Sequence record: DRR723986_9175
Length of the DNA: 61,257 nt
Direction: 5' to 3' (one strand)
Numbering within the stretch: position 1 is the stretch's first letter; each line of letters begins with the position of its first letter. The notes under the pieces are model-generated. The model worked only from the letters and a program-made list of their open reading frames with translations. It made no database searches and was not told the origin of the DNA. Made by a program: the position numbers and the translations under genes. Shown one piece after another: positions 58,342-61,257 of the stretch.

Positions 58342-59127
58342 TTAGTCGTTGAACAATTCGGGGTCGAACTCGATCGTACCCAGGTCGTTCATGCCTGGCT
58401 TGAGTTCAACTTCCATGTACCCACGACTCCACTTCGCCTTCTTGCCATTCAACTTGCCTTCGTCCAGAGACTTCTTCATGTTCTCGTGAACAAGCTTGAA
58501 TGTGATCTCACCAACAGGCAGCTTCTCAATCGTAACCACTCCATCTTCACCGGAGATGCCCACATAGGGATGGTCGCGAATGATTACATGCCCTTTCATC
58601 CAAGGGTGGATTGTGCAAGTAACTTCGGTGGTGTTTGACCGCTCACCGCTACCGAAATTAACTTCAATCTTGCCGCCGATGGGAACGATTGCGTTGACCG
58701 AATTATTGCTGAAGGGATCCAGCTTAGCGTTATGGCCACACTTATCATTGTTCGTAACAACTAGTTTCTGCCCCGCACGAACAAAGACCATATGTGGCTG
58801 AAAGCGACAGCCTTTGTTGTCGATCACGACGGGTTTGTCAGATGGCTTCTGCAGGTCTGGATGGAAATCGTCTTCCTTCAGCTTGCTCTTTCTGGTGTCG
58901 AGAATGAGTGCAAAATTTGCTAGTTCACCTTTCTCGCCGACAATCATCCGCTCGTCGGGGATATCCAAATTGGCACAGAAAGGATCCTTCTTGCCGTCCA
59001 GAGGCTTCAGCTCTGGAGCGTCGCCAGCGTAGACAGCTTTCAACTTCAAGGTCGCCCACTCTTCTGCATTCGCAAAATTGGGGCACAGAATTGCAACAGC
59101 AAGTGTCGCTAACAAGCGAATCTTCAT
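58342..59127 (-). CDS. Secreted cupredoxin-like protein (type-1 Cu ligand set)
   Basis: Signal peptide; IDNKGCRFQPH, GHNAK and CTIHPWM (His, Cys, His, Met ligands), followed by HPY...DG...I..LP.G. Confidence 0.7.
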   Translation of the reverse strand: MKIRLLATLAVAILCPNFANAEEWATLKLKAVYAGDAPELKPLDGKKDPFCANLDIPDERMIVGEKGELANFALILDTRKSKLKEDDFHPDLQKPSDKPVVIDNKGCRFQPHMVFVRAGQKLVVTNNDKCGHNAKLDPFSNNSVNAIVPIGGKIEVNFGSGERSNTTEVTCTIHPWMKGHVIIRDHPYVGISGEDGVVTIEKLPVGEITFKLVHENMKKSLDEGKLNGKKAKWSRGYMEVELKPGMNDLGTIEFDPELFND

Positions 59128-59565
59128 TTGAGTTCTCCGTAATCACGCGGGACTGTCGGCCAGCTTCCACCTATGGAGCGTTCTTTCCAAACAGGTCGGA
59201 ATTTGCCAGCTTGCAGCCAAGTTATAAGTTTGCGAAAGAATTGAAATCACCAATTGCTCGACGGAAACATGCCTGCAAAGTGGGGATTGCAATCGTTGAA
59301 CCTCACCGTCGGCGGGTCATCCAAACGAAGGCAAGGTAGGACACAAGTGTCCGGCGGGACCCGGATCGAGCTGACGTATCGCTCGCATCAATCAGGGCTG
59401 GGACAGAATTATAGTCCTAACCCCGCTCCAGGGCCAATCTCCCCTAAAAACGTGGGAATTTGGGCAGCTTGGCACTCCATGGCTCATTTTTCGCAGTCTT
59501 TGACTCTTCAGCCTGACGCCTTTAACGGTCGGACAACTGATCCCAGAAAAAATTCCATTTCGATT

Positions 59566-59592
59566 CGTACAGAGTCGCCTCCAGCTCGTTAA
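59566..59592 (+). promoter_or_regulatory. Candidate autoregulatory ECF promoter (CGTAC-N16-CGTTAA)
   Basis: Matches the general ECF xAC-N16-CGT layout, about 60 nt upstream of the ECF gene. Confidence 0.4.
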
Positions 59593-59652
59593 CTACACAG
59601 AGTTGGCGAGACTGAAGCCTGCTATCACGCACCCCAAAACAACCTTGTGCTC

Positions 59653-60189
59653 ATGGAATCTACTGAATCGCAATCAGAGCGCCTACGCCGAAGCGACCCT
59701 TCGGCGTTTACCAGTATGGTGCGTGAACACGAGCACGACCTGCTCAAAATCGCCTTTCGCATCACCGGACACGTTGAAGACGCGGAAGAGGTTCGGCAAG
59801 AAGTGTTGACGAAAGTCTGGCAACAGCCGGCAACAATCCCTGACGAAGCACACCTGGCTGCATGGCTTCGAAGGTGCACCATCAACGCTGCGATCGACAA
59901 ACTTCGCAGTCGCAATCAACCCAGCTCGAACCAAGACATCCAGGGTACTGCGCAAGTCGATACATCGATCAATGCAATTGACGACCATGATTTACTCAAC
60001 CACGCGCTTGAAAAACTGCCGCCGGACAAGCGGGCTCTGCTCTCACTCAGGTTCGACCTCCAGCTCACCCTTCGTGAAATCGCCTCAACGCTTGACAAAC
60101 CACACACAACCATCCAGGCCCAGCTTGATCAAGCTCTAGCCCGTCTACGCACTCTCCTTAACGTACAAGTAGCAGGAGAAAAGCCATGA
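59653..60189 (+). CDS. ECF sigma-70 factor
   Basis: DAEEVRQEVL, WLRRCTINAAID and ALEKLP...LTLREIASTL region-4 HTH. Confidence 0.9.
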   Translation: MESTESQSERLRRSDPSAFTSMVREHEHDLLKIAFRITGHVEDAEEVRQEVLTKVWQQPATIPDEAHLAAWLRRCTINAAIDKLRSRNQPSSNQDIQGTAQVDTSINAIDDHDLLNHALEKLPPDKRALLSLRFDLQLTLREIASTLDKPHTTIQAQLDQALARLRTLLNVQVAGEKP

Positions 60190-61220
60190 ATCAAACCAAC
60201 TATGATCTGGAACAACTGTTCGAGTCGACCGCCCCGAAACCAAGGCCTGTCGACACCCGAGAAATCACTTCCCTGGACGTCCCCCGTAACAACTCAAGGA
60301 ACCGTGTCGTGCGTGCCTATGCCCTTTTACTCGCTGTCGCGGCTTCCGTCGTGATTGCCCTTGGCGTCATTCCGCTGTGGGAAACGCCCAGCAACTCTGC
60401 CTTTGCCCAGGCCATCGATAACATTCAAAAGATCAAAGCCGTTAGCTACTTCCAAACAAGCTACATCGTTGTCCAACCTAACGAGACCGAAGGCCAAACG
60501 CTTTTTTCCAAGCCGAAAGACGCCTCGGCCAAACGCACAAAAGCTGCCGACCGAAGCTTCGCCCCAGCCATTGCCAAGCTTGAAGACGCAGGCAATCCCT
60601 CGCTCCTGGAGACCGACATTGATTACGCGAAAGGTGTGATGCAAGACATCGCAAAGGCCTCGCAGTCCGACCGCATCGACGATCTTCGCTGGATACGCAT
60701 CAAAGACAAACACTTGCAACGAACCGACAACTTCTTCCCCCACCAAGGCCACCACAGCGTTATCAATGCAGCGAAGAACCAGCACGTTGCTTTTGACCAC
60801 AGCAATAAGCTGCGTGAGGCCTTCAAACAACAAGTAGTCATCGATCGTGAAACCAAGAAACGCACCGAGCACGCGATCCGCTTCTCCCCAGCGGTCGACT
60901 TTTTCAAACGACTGCGTTCTGTACCCGACGATGCCGTAGAGCTGAAAGAGCATCGAACTTGGGAAGGACAAGAGGCGGTCGGTTTCCAAACTATCCAAGA
61001 ACACAACGGCACGTGGACTCGCACGTATTGGATTGGAATTGAATCGCAGTTGCCCATACGTATCGTCACGGTTTACGAGTCTGATGACGAACGCATTGTG
61101 TCGTCGAAGTGGGTCCAAAGCCATTTCGTTTACAACGAAGATCTCCCAGATTCGCTGTTCTCCACTGAAGCGCCCGACGGTTACACATCGAAGGATGCCG
61201 AGATTCACGCCTTTCGGTAG
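60186..61220 (+). CDS. Probable membrane anti-sigma factor with LolA-like extracytoplasmic domain
   Basis: ATGA overlap with the sigma gene, short N-terminus, one TM, AFAQAI..I..., and C-terminal YWI...LPIRI...FVYNEDLPDSLFS..PDGY. Confidence 0.65.
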   Translation: MNQTNYDLEQLFESTAPKPRPVDTREITSLDVPRNNSRNRVVRAYALLLAVAASVVIALGVIPLWETPSNSAFAQAIDNIQKIKAVSYFQTSYIVVQPNETEGQTLFSKPKDASAKRTKAADRSFAPAIAKLEDAGNPSLLETDIDYAKGVMQDIAKASQSDRIDDLRWIRIKDKHLQRTDNFFPHQGHHSVINAAKNQHVAFDHSNKLREAFKQQVVIDRETKKRTEHAIRFSPAVDFFKRLRSVPDDAVELKEHRTWEGQEAVGFQTIQEHNGTWTRTYWIGIESQLPIRIVTVYESDDERIVSSKWVQSHFVYNEDLPDSLFSTEAPDGYTSKDAEIHAFR

Positions 61221-61257
61221 TCCAGTTTTGTTGTGATGCACGGCCATGTGTCGCCCT

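Noticed and set aside
60327-61247. 306-aa minus-strand ORF
   Set aside because: Antisense shadow of the anti-sigma-like gene, with no recognisable motifs.

Overview
Chromosomal DNA from a Planctomycetota bacterium, probably Pirellulales. This is inferred from the DUF1592/DUF1552 pair, a zinc-finger Ser/Thr kinase beside an ECF sigma factor, and many signal-peptide-bearing enzymes. About 45 CDS are supported. They include a probable sialic-acid/sugar-utilisation locus (PMI-like cupin, DUF4432 epimerase, ribose-type ABC transporter, GH33 sialidase, GlcNAc 2-epimerase) and housekeeping genes (kdsB, pyrG, hflK/hflC, putA, nadE, proS, panB, ggt). There is also an acyltransferase-ACP-acyl-AMP ligase fusion, a split osmoprotectant ABC transporter, a K+ channel with an atypical filter and two ECF sigma modules. 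The best candidate for an undescribed system is the divergent ECF sigma / 1435-aa membrane Ser/Thr kinase, which carries an N-terminal HxxxCxxC finger, a duplicated helical extracytoplasmic module and a C-terminal Wza-type polysaccharide-export domain. Two families of short palindromic (REP-like) repeats lie in intergenic DNA. I saw no rRNA, tRNA, CRISPR array, transposase, integrase or prophage. All family calls come from reading motifs by eye, with no database search.
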